DNA of 64,000 bases from the NCBI GenBank assembly GCA_046484325.1, contig JAWOJB010000028.1, positions 18,269-82,268 on the forward strand, read 5' to 3'. The first letter of the stretch is position 1; each line of letters opens with the position of its first letter. The position numbers were made by a program, and so were the translations under genes. This DNA is from Acidimicrobiia bacterium. Lineage in GTDB: Bacteria > Actinomycetota > Acidimicrobiia > Spongiisociales > ZC4RG35. Below are positions 1-8,982 of this stretch, one piece after another. Below the pieces are notes generated by a model. That model did no database searches. It had not been told where the DNA came from and saw only the letters and a program-made list of their open reading frames with translations.

Positions 1-1
1 G

Positions 2-847
2 GCGCCGGGGTCGCACGACATGAGCCGCGAGTACCGGGTGCTGTCGACCCTCTGGCAGGCCTTCCCATATGCGGCGCGGGCGTACGCCTTCTGCGACGAC
101 GAGGCGGTGATCGGCGCCCCCTTCTTCGTGATGGAGCGGAAGCACGGAGTGGTCGTGCAAGGAACGGTTCCGCCCGAGTTCGGATCGGGGGCGGATGCCG
201 TGGCCAATCGCTCGCTCAGCGAGGTGGTCGTCGACACGCTCGCCGAGTTCCACGCGGTCGACCCCGAGGCGGCCGGCCTGGGCGACCTCGGCCGGCCGGA
301 AGGGTTCCTGCGGCGCCAGGTCGAGGGTTGGATCGAGCGCTGGCACCGCGCCAAGCACGAGGAGAACCGGGTGGCCGACGAAATCGCGGAGTGGTTGAGC
401 GAGCGGATCCCCGACAGCGGGGCGGTGAGCCTGCTCCACAACGACTGGCGGCTCGACAACATGGCGGTGGCCGAGGACGACCCCGGCCGCTGCGTCGCCG
501 TCTACGACTGGGACATGGCGACCCGGGGCGACCCGCTGGCCGATCTGGGCACCGTGATGGCCGTCTGGTACGACGCCGGCGAGATGCCCGCCTCCCTCAA
601 CCCGATGCCCACCGTCGCCCCCGGGTTCATGACCCGCGACGAGGCCATCGAGCGCTACGCCGAGCGATCGGGTCGGGACCTCTCGCAGGTGGACTGGTAC
701 GTGGTGTTCGGAACCTTCAAGCTCGCCGTGGTGATCCAGCAGATCTACATCCGCTGGCTGCGGGGCCAGACGAAGGACGAGCGGTTCGCCGTGATGGGCG
801 AGGGAGCCCGGCGGCTGTTCCAACTGGCCGCCGAGCGACGGAGCTGA
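2..847 (+). CDS. Phosphotransferase (APH-like) family protein, 5' partial
   Basis: Frame is open from the window edge (APGSHDMSREYRVL); HNDWRLDN catalytic loop and VYDWDMAT motif of APH/choline-kinase-like enzymes. Confidence 0.9.
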   Translation, partial: APGSHDMSREYRVLSTLWQAFPYAARAYAFCDDEAVIGAPFFVMERKHGVVVQGTVPPEFGSGADAVANRSLSEVVVDTLAEFHAVDPEAAGLGDLGRPEGFLRRQVEGWIERWHRAKHEENRVADEIAEWLSERIPDSGAVSLLHNDWRLDNMAVAEDDPGRCVAVYDWDMATRGDPLADLGTVMAVWYDAGEMPASLNPMPTVAPGFMTRDEAIERYAERSGRDLSQVDWYVVFGTFKLAVVIQQIYIRWLRGQTKDERFAVMGEGARRLFQLAAERRS

Positions 848-859
848 CCCGGCCGGCCG

Positions 860-905
860 TTCATTGAGCAGGCATGTGGCCCACGCCCTCGTGGTTGCTC
901 AATCA
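860..905. repeat. 46-bp palindromic repeat, family 2 copy 1
   Basis: TTCATTGAGCA-N24-TTGCTCAATCA; same arms and spacing recur at 37081-37126. Confidence 0.75.
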
Positions 906-1852
906 TCGGCCGGTCGTGCACCTGCGAGCAGACCCAGCACTCGGCGTCCGCCGGGATCGTCGGCGGTCGCGGGGACGATCGCCGGCTCGACGCCCGCCTC
1001 CCGGTACGTCGCGATCCGGGCGAGTAGCGCCGCCGCCGAGCCGTAGGCGGTGACCGACTCGAGCATCTCCTCGGGTACGGCCGCGGCCAGTTCGCGCACC
1101 GGGCGCCCGGAGCGGGCATCGGCCACGAGGTCGCCGAAGCCCGCCTCTTCGAACATCGCTGCGTACCCTGGCGCGCCCAGGTAGAGGGCGAGTTGGGCCG
1201 AGAGCTGCCCTCGGGTGCCCGGCCCCGGCTCGAGGGCGGCGACCACCCAGGCGGTGACCGCCGGCTCGACATGGTCGGTGGCGGTGGCGGCATCGGCCAC
1301 CTGCCGGCGGATCCGTCGGGCCTGGTCGGGGGTCACCAGGTTCACGACCACCCGGTCTCCCCACTCGGCGGCGACCCGGATCATCCTCGGCCCGAAGCCG
1401 GCGATGGTGATGTGAGAGGGTTGGGGACCGAGCGCGGAGCGAAACCTGCGGTGGCTCCGCTCCCCGGCCAGGAGCCTCCGGACCTCGCCGACCACGTGCG
1501 CCATCCGCTGCGGCTCTTCGCCCCAACGCCGACCGTGCCACCCGTCGACCACGGCGGGAGTGGAGGCACCCAGCGCCAGACGGGCCGGTCGGTCACCGAG
1601 CACCGCCACCGACGCCACCCCGCGAGCAAGCGACACGGGGTCACGGACACCGGCAGCCAGCGGACCGACACACAGAGTCAACCGGGTGCGAGCGGCCAGT
1701 GCACCGGCCAGGGCGAAGGCGTCGAAATGCAGCATCTCCCCGATCCAGAGCTCGTGGAAGCCGAGCCGGTCCGCCTCGAGGGCGACATCGATCGCCTCCC
1801 CAGCCGGCCGGTCGAGCCAGAACGGGAGGACCACGGCGGGAGCAGCGTGCAC
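899..1852 (-). CDS. LLM class (probably F420-dependent) oxidoreductase
   Basis: C-terminal third of ORF 899..3829: ADRLGFHELWIGEM, LALGAS, IAGFGPRMIRVAAEWGD; GTG start at 1852 inferred. Confidence 0.85.
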   Translation of the reverse strand: MHAAPAVVLPFWLDRPAGEAIDVALEADRLGFHELWIGEMLHFDAFALAGALAARTRLTLCVGPLAAGVRDPVSLARGVASVAVLGDRPARLALGASTPAVVDGWHGRRWGEEPQRMAHVVGEVRRLLAGERSHRRFRSALGPQPSHITIAGFGPRMIRVAAEWGDRVVVNLVTPDQARRIRRQVADAATATDHVEPAVTAWVVAALEPGPGTRGQLSAQLALYLGAPGYAAMFEEAGFGDLVADARSGRPVRELAAAVPEEMLESVTAYGSAAALLARIATYREAGVEPAIVPATADDPGGRRVLGLLAGARPADD

Positions 1853-1915
1853 AGGCCCGATGATGCCAGGGCCGAGGCCCGGCGGCGGTCTCGATCGCGG
1901 CCGTAACCTGCCGAC

Positions 1916-3691
1916 ATGCCCGCCAGCCGGTTCGATGACCTCCGCCCGACGCGCCGGCGTTCGTTCGCCCTCGGGCCCGTCCGCGAGACCCTGGTCGCCA
2001 CCGGTGTCCACGAGGTCCGAGCCGTCGTCGATGCCGCCGCCGCCCGGGTGCACGGCGGGAGCTGGGTCGCCGGGTATGTGGCCTACGACGCAGCCCCCGC
2101 CTTCGACTCCCGGCTGCGGGTGCCGGGACGGCCGGCTCCGGCCTTCGCCCATCTCCCGCCTGCGTGGTTCGCCGTGTCGGACGCGCGCGTGCCGGCTCCA
2201 GATCTCCCGTCGAGTGGGCACACCGTCGGACCCTGGCGGCCGACTGTCGGACGCGACCGCTACCGGGAGGACGTCGAGGTCATCCGGCGCCTCATCGAGG
2301 CCGGCGCGACCTATCAGGTCAATCACACCTTCCGGCTCGACGCCGACCTGACGGGATCGGTCGAATCGTTCTACCGGGATCTCACCCGCTCGCAGCAAGG
2401 GGGTTACGGCGCCCTCCTCGACACCGGTCGGTGGGTCATCGCCTCCGCCTCGCCCGAGCTCTTCTTCGAGTGGCGACTGGGATCCGTGACGATGCGGCCG
2501 ATGAAGGGGACGATTCGCCGGGGAGTCGACCCCGACTCGGACCTCGAACGACGGCGGACGCTCGAGAGCTCGGAGAAGGACCGGGCGGAGAACCTCATGA
2601 TCGTGGACATGGTGCGCAACGACCTGGGCCGGATCTGCGAGGTCGGATCGATCGACGTCCCGGCCGTATTCGCCACGGAGAAGTACGACACCGTGTGGCA
2701 GCTGACCTCGACCGTCACCGGGCGCCCGCGGGCCGGGGTGTCTCTCGGCGACGCCTTCGCAGCCTTGTTCCCATCCGCTTCGGTCACCGGGGCGCCCAAG
2801 GTGGCGGCGATGGACGTCATCGCACGGCTCGAAGACGAGCCCCGGGGTGTCTACTGCGGCGCCGTCGGGTACGGCGGCCCGGGACCGGAAGGACCCGAGT
2901 GGGCCTTCAATGTGGCGATCCGGACGGTCCTGATCGACCGGGAACGGGGGTTGGCGAGATACGGAACGGGTGGTGGGGTCACGTGGGACTCGACCGCCGC
3001 CGGCGAATTCGAGGAGGCGATGCTCAAGGCGGCGGTTCTGTCGTTGCGCACCGCCGACTTCGCACTCCTCGAAACGATGCGCTGGACGCCGGGCTCGGGG
3101 ATTCGCCGGCTCGCGGGTCACCTCGCCCGGCTCCGGCGGAGCGCCGAGCACTTCGACATTCCGCTGGATGTCGAGGAGGTGACGGCCCGGATCACCGCCT
3201 GTGTTTCGGGGGCCGCCGCTCCCCGCCGGGTCCGGCTGACGGTCGACCGGGAAGGACGGTGCCACGCCGTGGCCGACCAACCCCCGAAACCGCCCGCCGG
3301 GCCGGTCGTACTCGCCCTGGACGGGGTGCCCATTGAGCGATCCGATCCGCTGCTTTATCACAAGACCACCAAACGATCGGTGTATGAGGAGGCGATCGCC
3401 CGGCACCCGGGAGCCGACGACGTGATCCTCGTCAACGACGACGGCGAGGTCACCGAGACGAGCATCGCCAACCTGCTCGTGCGCATCGGTGGGCGATGGT
3501 TCACGCCACCGGTTGGGGCGGGCTGCCTGCCGGGGGTGGCCAGAGCCTCGCTCGTGGCCGCAGGCGACGTCGAGGAGCGACCCATCACCGTCGAGGAGCT
3601 GCTCGCCGCCGAGGTGGTCGAGCGGGTCAACGCCCTCCGGGGCCGGGAGCGGTGCGCGATCGTGACCGACGCCGCGGCCAGATCCCGGTGA
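1916..3691 (+). CDS. pabB: Aminodeoxychorismate synthase component I fused to aminotransferase class IV (ADC lyase) domain
   Basis: YQVN, SPELFF, RPMKGT, KDRAENLMIVDMVRNDLG, VTGAPK, then LLETMR, HKTT and ETSIANL. Confidence 0.92.
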   Translation: MPASRFDDLRPTRRRSFALGPVRETLVATGVHEVRAVVDAAAARVHGGSWVAGYVAYDAAPAFDSRLRVPGRPAPAFAHLPPAWFAVSDARVPAPDLPSSGHTVGPWRPTVGRDRYREDVEVIRRLIEAGATYQVNHTFRLDADLTGSVESFYRDLTRSQQGGYGALLDTGRWVIASASPELFFEWRLGSVTMRPMKGTIRRGVDPDSDLERRRTLESSEKDRAENLMIVDMVRNDLGRICEVGSIDVPAVFATEKYDTVWQLTSTVTGRPRAGVSLGDAFAALFPSASVTGAPKVAAMDVIARLEDEPRGVYCGAVGYGGPGPEGPEWAFNVAIRTVLIDRERGLARYGTGGGVTWDSTAAGEFEEAMLKAAVLSLRTADFALLETMRWTPGSGIRRLAGHLARLRRSAEHFDIPLDVEEVTARITACVSGAAAPRRVRLTVDREGRCHAVADQPPKPPAGPVVLALDGVPIERSDPLLYHKTTKRSVYEEAIARHPGADDVILVNDDGEVTETSIANLLVRIGGRWFTPPVGAGCLPGVARASLVAAGDVEERPITVEELLAAEVVERVNALRGRERCAIVTDAAARSR

Positions 3692-3740
3692 ACCGTGGGC
3701 CGGTGAACACGATCTTCGTGTTCCCCAGCCCTGGGTTGGC
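3685..3740 (+). repeat. Dispersed palindromic repeat, family 1 half copy
   Basis: 49/56 identical by manual alignment to the reverse complement of 19830-19885; similar to 30577-30625. Confidence 0.85.
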
Positions 3741-3749
3741 CGTGGAGGC

Positions 3750-4415
3750 TCAGGTCTCCCGGTTGCCCCAGCGGTCCCAGTGGGTGACGGCGGGGAACGG
3801 CTTGCGGGGGGCCACGCCGAACGAGCCACGGGGGCGGCCCATGGGCACGAGAGCGACGATCTCGAAGCGGTCGGGGATCTCGAGCAGCGCCCGCAACCGA
3901 TCCTGTCGGCTCCAGTAGACGGTCGTCAGCACGGTGCCGATGCCGAGCGACCGTGCCGCCAGCATGAAGTTCTGGACCGCCGGGTAGACCGAGGCATAGA
4001 GCGGGCCGATCTCCACCGCTCCCTCCTCGTCGGAGGGGACCAGCGACACGAGCGGCATGATGAAGAGGACGAGCGCTGCGGCCGTCGCCAGGTGCTCGGC
4101 CAGGTAGCGGGAGGCCTCGACCCCTCGCAGGTAGGTCTGCTCGTCCTCCGCCGTGCGGAACCGGGGAAGCGACCGGAGCTGGGCGCGTTCCCAGCGCCGG
4201 TAGGCCTCGAGGTAGTGAGCCGCCACCGCCGTCTTGACCTCGGGGTCGGTTACGACCAGGTACTGCCAGGGCTGGCTGTTCCCGCCGCTCGGCGCCTGCT
4301 GCGCCGCTCGTAGACAGGTCTCGATCTCGTCCCTTGTCACCGGCTCCCCGGTGTACCGCCGGATCGCCCGGGTCGTGAGGATCCCCTCGTACAACCCGAC
4401 CTGCTCAGCGGCCAT
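3750..4415 (-). CDS. Nitroreductase family protein
   Basis: TTRAIRRY, APSGGNSQPW, QNFMLAARSLGIGT. Confidence 0.9.
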   Translation of the reverse strand: MAAEQVGLYEGILTTRAIRRYTGEPVTRDEIETCLRAAQQAPSGGNSQPWQYLVVTDPEVKTAVAAHYLEAYRRWERAQLRSLPRFRTAEDEQTYLRGVEASRYLAEHLATAAALVLFIMPLVSLVPSDEEGAVEIGPLYASVYPAVQNFMLAARSLGIGTVLTTVYWSRQDRLRALLEIPDRFEIVALVPMGRPRGSFGVAPRKPFPAVTHWDRWGNRET

Positions 4416-5199
4416 GGAATCGGGGCTCCCTCCGCTCCCGGATGGCGGAGACGGCCTCGGCGTGATCCTCGCTCTGCATGGTCACGACCTCGTAGGCGGT
4501 GGCCACGTCGAACGCCACGTTGAGGGCCTCCTTCACCCACTTGTTCACGGACAGCTTGGTGAAGCGGACCGCCAGCGGGGCGCCATCGGCCAGCCGCCGG
4601 GCGAAAGCCATGGCCTCGGGGTCGAGGTCATCGGGCGGCACGACGTGGGTCACGAGTCCCATTCGGAGGGCGTCCGCAGCGCTGATCGGGTCACCGGTGA
4701 GGAGATAGCGCTTGGCGAGCGCCGGGCCCACCGCCAGCGGCCAGATCGCCGTGCCCCCATCCCCCGCCACGATGCCCACCCGCACGTGGGGGTCGCCGAT
4801 GGTGGCGGTGTCGGCCATGAACACGGCGTCGCACAGCAGCACGAGGGTGGCCGCCAAGCCCATCGCCGGCCCGTTCAGGGCCGCCACCACCGGGACCTCG
4901 ACGTCGAGCAGATCCCAGATGAGCTGCTTCCCGGTTCGGCGCACGTGGTCGCGGCGCACCGGGTCGGCGAGGTCGGGAAACCAGGCGAAGTCACCCCCGG
5001 CCGAGAACGCCCGGCCTCGCCCGGTGAGCAGGACTGCGCGAATCGACGGCGGCGGATCGCGGAGCCAGGAGACCAGGGCCGAGAGGTCGTCGTGGAGCCG
5101 GCCGTCGACGGCATTGACGTCGCTGCCCGGCCGGTCGATGACGGCCCTCAACACCGCGCCGGCCTGCTCGAGCTCGATCGTCGAGAGCGATGGGATCAC
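4405..5199 (-). CDS. Enoyl-CoA hydratase/isomerase family protein
   Basis: AFSAGGD, PVVAALNGPAMGLA, GDPHVRVGIVAGDGG. Confidence 0.92.
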   Translation of the reverse strand: MIPSLSTIELEQAGAVLRAVIDRPGSDVNAVDGRLHDDLSALVSWLRDPPPSIRAVLLTGRGRAFSAGGDFAWFPDLADPVRRDHVRRTGKQLIWDLLDVEVPVVAALNGPAMGLAATLVLLCDAVFMADTATIGDPHVRVGIVAGDGGTAIWPLAVGPALAKRYLLTGDPISAADALRMGLVTHVVPPDDLDPEAMAFARRLADGAPLAVRFTKLSVNKWVKEALNVAFDVATAYEVVTMQSEDHAEAVSAIRERREPRFHGR

Positions 5200-5212
5200 G
5201 AGGACCCGATGA

Positions 5213-6364
5213 TCACAGAGCCGAGACGTCGGTGTCGAGCCCGAGCAGGACCCTGCCCGTCACTTCCCAGGTGGGCTGGGCCACCATCATGTGCTGGGTG
5301 GCCGTATGGATGTCCCGGAAACGCTGCTGGAGCGGGCACGAGTCGTAGATCGAGGTGCCTCCCGCCGCCCGGTACATGGCATCGACCACCTCTGCGGAGC
5401 TTTCGACGGCGTGCGTGGCCGCCATCCGCAGGCGTGCCCTGACCCCGAGGTCAACCGCTCCCCCATCACACGCCCTCTGCCAGGCGGCGCCGACCTCGTC
5501 GGTCAGAAAGGCGCGAGCCGAGCCGAGCCGGGCCTCGGCCCGGGACAGGGCCTCCTGGACCGCCGGCCGGTCGGCGAGGGTGCGCTTGGAGCCGGTGGGA
5601 ACCTTGTGCACGGCGAGGTCGAGAAGATCGTCGATGGCACCCCGGGCGACGCCGAGCGCAACGCCGGCGATTCCCAAGGCGAGCATCCCGAATGGGGGGA
5701 ACGCGTACAGGGGAGCATCGCACCACGGTCCCTGCGCCTGCAACGAACAGGTCAGCTCGACGGGGACGAACTCGTCCTCGACCCGGAAGTCGTGGCTGCC
5801 GGTCCCCCGCAGGCCGCCGACGTGCCAGGTATCGAGGATCGACACCCGCTCGGCCGGGAAGAAGATGGTCGTCACCGGACCGGCCGGGCCGGCCCCTCGA
5901 TCGACCAGGCAGCCGGCGCTGATCCAGTCGGCGTGCAGGCTCCCACTGCCGAACGGCCACCACCCCCCGACCCGGAAGCCGCCCTCCGTCTCGACGGCCA
6001 CGCCCTTCGGCGCGAACACCCCAGCGGTGAGGGTCTGGGCCCCCCGGGAGAACACCCGCCGTCCTCCGTCGAGCGGCAGGTAGGCGCCCCACAGAGCGGA
6101 CGTGGAGGCGATCATGGTGACCCAACTGGCGGCGGCGTCGCCCCGCGCCACCCGTTCGAGCACCTCGACGATCACGAGTGGCGATGAAGCCGAACCTCCC
6201 AACTCCTCGGGCAGGCCCATGCCGGCCAGACCAGAGCCACGGATCGCATCGACGACCTCGTCGGAAAGCCGGCCGGCACGGTCGGCCGTCTCGGCGTGGG
6301 CGGCGGCCACCGACGCCAGCCGGTCTGCGGCGATCCGGTGATCGGAGGGGGCGATGGTCTCCAT
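5213..6364 (-). CDS. Flavin-dependent monooxygenase of acyl-CoA dehydrogenase fold (HsaA-like)
   Basis: WPFGSGSLHADW, DTWHVGGLRGTGSHDF, QQRFRDIHTATQH; ATG at 6364 (METIAP). Confidence 0.85.
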   Translation of the reverse strand: METIAPSDHRIAADRLASVAAAHAETADRAGRLSDEVVDAIRGSGLAGMGLPEELGGSASSPLVIVEVLERVARGDAAASWVTMIASTSALWGAYLPLDGGRRVFSRGAQTLTAGVFAPKGVAVETEGGFRVGGWWPFGSGSLHADWISAGCLVDRGAGPAGPVTTIFFPAERVSILDTWHVGGLRGTGSHDFRVEDEFVPVELTCSLQAQGPWCDAPLYAFPPFGMLALGIAGVALGVARGAIDDLLDLAVHKVPTGSKRTLADRPAVQEALSRAEARLGSARAFLTDEVGAAWQRACDGGAVDLGVRARLRMAATHAVESSAEVVDAMYRAAGGTSIYDSCPLQQRFRDIHTATQHMMVAQPTWEVTGRVLLGLDTDVSAL

Positions 6365-6415
6365 ATAGAACCGATCTCTCGTTATCAATCGTGAATATAG
6401 AGATGATCTCTTGTT
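6363..6415. promoter_or_regulatory. Two 21-bp operator-like repeats between the monooxygenase and TetR genes
   Basis: ATATAGAACCGATCTCTCGTT (6363-6383) and ATATAGAGATGATCTCTTGTT (6395-6415), 17/21 identical; the second contains the palindrome AGAGAT-G-ATCTCT; AT-rich island. Confidence 0.65.
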
Positions 6416-6451
6416 TCGTCCAGTCGCCGGTGACACCCCTACCCTGGCCCC

Positions 6452-7057
6452 ATGGTGACCGCCATCGGACGTCGCCCCGAGACGCGTCGCAGCCGCCAGA
6501 CCCGCCAAGCGCTGGTCGAGGCGGCGCGTACCGTGGTCCGCCGCACCGGGTCGCTCTCCCCTGAGGCGGTGGCGACCGAGGCCGGTGTGGCCCCGGCCAC
6601 CTTCTATCTGCACTTCGCCAACAAGGACGAGGCGCTGGCCGCGACCTTCGACGCCGTGCTCGAGGAGCTGCACGCCACCACCACTGCGGCGCTCGACCTC
6701 GAGCGCCTGCTCGCCGATGGACTCGAACGGGTGGTGCAGGATCTCGCCCGCAACGTCGTCAAGGGCTTCCGCCGGGACGCTGGTGTGGTCCGCCTGGCCA
6801 TCTCGAGGCTTCCCGAAGCTCGGCCCGTGCAAGAGGTGTACCGGGAGCGGGAGGATGCGACCCTGACCATGCTCACCGCCTTCGTCCGGAGCGGGGCCCG
6901 GGCCGGCATGGTGCGGGCCGGCGACCCCGGCAGAATCGCCAGCGCCCTGCTGGTATCGGTGCAGGGATACCAGAACCCGCTGCTGCTCCAGCCCGGCACC
7001 TCGGCCGTGCTCGACGAGCTCGTCGCCATGCTCCTCGCCCTGCTCCGGCCCGAATGA
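6452..7057 (+). CDS. TetR/AcrR family transcriptional regulator
   Basis: VATEAGVAPATFYLHFANKD HTH; divergent from catabolic operon. Confidence 0.92.
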   Translation: MVTAIGRRPETRRSRQTRQALVEAARTVVRRTGSLSPEAVATEAGVAPATFYLHFANKDEALAATFDAVLEELHATTTAALDLERLLADGLERVVQDLARNVVKGFRRDAGVVRLAISRLPEARPVQEVYREREDATLTMLTAFVRSGARAGMVRAGDPGRIASALLVSVQGYQNPLLLQPGTSAVLDELVAMLLALLRPE

Positions 7058-7152
7058 CCTGACACGATGTCGGGATATCCGGAATACCCTCCCGTCGCAC
7101 GAGCTTGACGGTGAGGGCCGGACCGCGATCCGGCCGGGAAGGACACCAGTAG

Positions 7153-8139
7153 ATGCCAGGACCCATCGTTCGCGCCGAGAACGTCGTCAGGACGTTCGGC
7201 ACCATTCGGGCGCTCGAAGGCGTGAGCCTGGAGTTCGATCCCGGGATCGTCTACGGGCTCCTCGGTCCCAACGGCGCCGGGAAGACCACCCTCATCCGGG
7301 TGCTGACGACGCTGCTCCGGCCGGACTCGGGTCGCGTCGAGGTCGCGGGCATCGACGTCGTCGCCGACCCGGTGACGGCCCGCACCCGCCTGGGACTGGC
7401 CGGCCAATTCGCCGCGGTCGACGAATACCTGACAGGCCGGGAGAACGTCGAGATGGTCGGTCGTCTCTACGGTCTCGCCGGTGGCGAGGCGAGACGCCGT
7501 ACCGACGAGGTCCTTCAGAGGATCCACCTCACCGACGCCGCCGACCGCAGGGTTGGCACGTACTCGGGCGGCATGCGTCGCCGGCTCGACGTGGCCGCAT
7601 CGATGGTCGGCCGCCCCCGGGTCCTCTTCCTCGATGAGCCCACCACCGGCATCGACCCGCGGAGTCGGATCGACGTCTGGGATCTCATCACCGACCTGGT
7701 GGCGGAGGGCACCACGATCCTGCTCACCACCCAGTACCTCGATGAGGCCGACCAGCTGGCCGACCGAGTCGGCGTCATCGACCATGGCCGGCTCATCACC
7801 GAGGGCACCCCCGACCAGCTCAAGGACAAACTGGGGGGTTCGGTGGTCGAGGTGACCGTCGCCGACGAGTGCCGGGAGATGACCCTCCAGGTGCTCGCCG
7901 ACGTCACCCACGAGGCCCCCCATGAAGAACCGAGCTCGAAGCGGATCACGGTGCCGGCCGTCGAAGGCGCCCAGACCCTGATGGAGGCGGTCCGCCGGCT
8001 CGACGCCGCCGGGATCACCCCCCACGACGTCTCGATGCGACGGCCGACGCTCGACGACGTGTTCCTCGCCCTCACCGGTCATGTCGCCGAGAACCCCACC
8101 GAGCCTGCCGACCCGCCGCGCAGAAGGAGCCGCCGATGA
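7153..8139 (+). CDS. DrrA-type ABC exporter ATP-binding protein
   Basis: GPNGAGKTT, YSGGMRRRLD, LFLDEPTTG, RRPTLDDVFL. Confidence 0.93.
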   Translation: MPGPIVRAENVVRTFGTIRALEGVSLEFDPGIVYGLLGPNGAGKTTLIRVLTTLLRPDSGRVEVAGIDVVADPVTARTRLGLAGQFAAVDEYLTGRENVEMVGRLYGLAGGEARRRTDEVLQRIHLTDAADRRVGTYSGGMRRRLDVAASMVGRPRVLFLDEPTTGIDPRSRIDVWDLITDLVAEGTTILLTTQYLDEADQLADRVGVIDHGRLITEGTPDQLKDKLGGSVVEVTVADECREMTLQVLADVTHEAPHEEPSSKRITVPAVEGAQTLMEAVRRLDAAGITPHDVSMRRPTLDDVFLALTGHVAENPTEPADPPRRRSRR

Positions 8140-8978
8140 CCGCCGTCACCGCACCCAGCCCGGAGCGAGCCCGGATGTCCCCGGCTCACACCGTCAAGGA
8201 CGCTCTGGTGATCACACGCCGCAACCTCCTGCGGAACGTCCGTCTCCCCCAGGTGCTCCTCTTCTCGACGGTCCAGCCGGTCATGTTCCTCCTCCTCTTC
8301 ACCTTCGTCTTCGGGGGCGCCATCGGTCAGACCATTCCACCGGCGGCCGGCGGCGAATACGTCAACTGGCTCATCCCCGGGTTGCTGGTGCAGACCGCGG
8401 TCTTCGGATCCGGCCAGACCGCCATCGGGCTCACCGAGGACCTGACGAAAGGCGTGATCGACCGCTTCCGATCGCTGCCCATGGCCCGATCGGCGGTGCT
8501 GGCCGGGCGCACCCTGTCGGACCTGATCCGCAACGGCTTCGTGATGACGCTCATGGTGGTCGTGGGCTTTCTCATCGGGTTCCGCTGGCAGACCAGCCTC
8601 CTCGGGATGCTCGCCGGGATGCTCGTGGCCATGGTGTTCTCCTACGCCTTCTCGTGGGTGATGGCCACGATCGGGCTGGCCGTGAAGAACCCGGAGGCAG
8701 CCCAGTCGGCCGTCTTCCTGCCGGCGTTCCCGCTCGTGTTCGCCAGTTCGGTGTTCGTGCCCACGGGCACGATGCCCCCCTGGCTCCAGACCTTCGCCGA
8801 CCATCAGCCGGTCACCGTGACGGTCGACGCGCTCCGCGGTCTGATCCTGGGCCCGGGAGCGCTCCAGCCCGGGCAGACGGTGGAGAGCCAGGTCATCCTG
8901 GCCCTCGCCTGGTCGGTTGCGATCCTGGCGGTGTTCGTCCCCCTTGCCGTCCGCCGCTACCGGCGGGCGGTGGGGTGA
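8136..8978 (+). CDS. DrrB-type ABC-2 permease
   Basis: Six hydrophobic segments; GVIDRFRSLPMARSAVLAGR; ATGA overlap with the ATPase. Confidence 0.92.
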   Translation: MTAVTAPSPERARMSPAHTVKDALVITRRNLLRNVRLPQVLLFSTVQPVMFLLLFTFVFGGAIGQTIPPAAGGEYVNWLIPGLLVQTAVFGSGQTAIGLTEDLTKGVIDRFRSLPMARSAVLAGRTLSDLIRNGFVMTLMVVVGFLIGFRWQTSLLGMLAGMLVAMVFSYAFSWVMATIGLAVKNPEAAQSAVFLPAFPLVFASSVFVPTGTMPPWLQTFADHQPVTVTVDALRGLILGPGALQPGQTVESQVILALAWSVAILAVFVPLAVRRYRRAVG

Positions 8979-8982
8979 GGGC

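Noticed and set aside
899-3829. Very long ORFs antisense to real genes (also 42911-45973, 33443-35533, 49428-51440, 45222-47618)
   Set aside because: Shadow frames expected from high GC3; no motifs, and the opposite strand carries clear genes
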